From assembly GCF_030684315.1 (NCBI RefSeq), contig NC_081396.1, positions 1,860,001-1,924,000 on the forward strand: DNA of 64,000 bases, given 5' to 3'. Below, piece after piece: positions 63,133-64,000 of the stretch. The translations under genes and the position numbers were made by a program. The notes below the pieces were generated by a model that was not told the origin of the DNA, made no database searches, and was given only the letters and a program-made list of their open reading frames with translations. The stretch comes from Stegostoma tigrinum. Lineage: Eukaryota. The stretch's first letter is position 1, and each line of letters opens with the position of its first letter.

Positions 63133-64000
63133 GTCGGAACATGACTGAACATGACAATATGCCAGGCAAACAGTAAGACGAGGAGTGGATCTGAAATGGT
63201 TCCCAAATTCACGGTGATTTCTGATACTTTTCATTTGAACACATAATGTTGTTCATGGTAAATATATTGTTGAAATCAACTAAAATTTTCAGTTCAGTAA
63301 ATCAAAAGCAAATATATACGTTTCTAAAACTACTTCACTGTGACAGCAAAAATAGGCCCGTGAGATCAGCAATGAAGCATTGGAGTAATCTGAATAACAT
63401 CGAACATTTTGCAGTTATTGACCACTGCTCCTGTGTTACCAGTTCCAGAATGGCAAGCGATAGGTTCAGTGGTCCAGGAAAATGCTGGCTTCCTTTAAAA
63501 TATCGAACAGAAAGTGAGATGTAACTCAGGTATGAAGAACATTAAACAAATGAATAGATTCAGTAAGAGCTGATGAATGAGTCAGTGATCAGTGCTATCT
63601 CAATCACCCTTGGTTTCTTCTTACTCAGTTGTCTGGAAATGAACGTTCTTCATCCGTGATGAAAGATTATTGGGTCTTTGTCAGTGGTTTACATCTGAAT
63701 TAATCAGCTATGTAATGACCAGCGGATTCATCTCCTCCATCTGGTCACACGTGAGGGAAACCGAATCCTGTTGTGACCGCAATTTGCCTTGGAGAACATG
63801 AAGATGATTTTCCCCTTGAGCTGCTGAACTTCTGGGGCTGCAGGTCCACTTACAGCGCACTTAGCAATGGAGTCTGAGGATTTGGACGTTGCAGCACTAA
63901 AGAAATATACACTATGCAAAGACAACATGGTGACTCATTTCGAGGGAAAGTTATAGTTGATGTTGTAATCCTGAAGTTTTGGTTTTCCCATTGGATTTTG

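Noticed and set aside
63246-63524. Plus-strand ORF containing SDRFSG as an Ig V
   Set aside because: No Cys/Trp framework, YYC or RSS on that strand
63728-63928. 66-aa minus ORF
   Set aside because: No recognisable domain or splice context
1-64000. NAR-TCR V-D-J cassette, or any D/J/C segments
   Set aside because: No FGxG J motif with a 12-RSS, no paired-RSS D segment and no NAR-type V found; the intact Vs all have leaders, unlike supporting V-delta segments

Overview
Vertebrate genomic DNA, almost certainly from a cartilaginous fish (shark): it carries HE1-type SINEs, CR1 LINEs, Penelope-like elements and GPR139-like GPCR relics. The window is part of an antigen-receptor V-segment array, most likely the TCR alpha/delta locus. 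It holds three diverged tandem copies of a ~15-22 kb cassette (about 1-13.2k, 14.6-38.4k, 38.6-61.8k). Each copy keeps one intact V gene of the same family: leader exon, ~770-785 nt intron, V exon and 23-bp-spacer RSS, at 4924-6078, 20115-21273 and 39926-41099. These are surrounded by V pseudogenes from at least six other families in both orientations, most invisible in the ORF track and found by manual translation. A further V pseudogene lies at ~62.7-63.1k. No D, J or C segments were found. Most interesting: the one-live-V-per-cassette pattern, a relic V family with an Ig/TCR-gamma-like framework, loss of the promoter decamer in one paralogue, GPR139-like pseudogenes inside the V array, and hammerhead-ribozyme-like motifs in Penelope-derived palindromes. 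Family letters (A, B, ...) are my own labels. All alignments were done by eye; no database searches were run.
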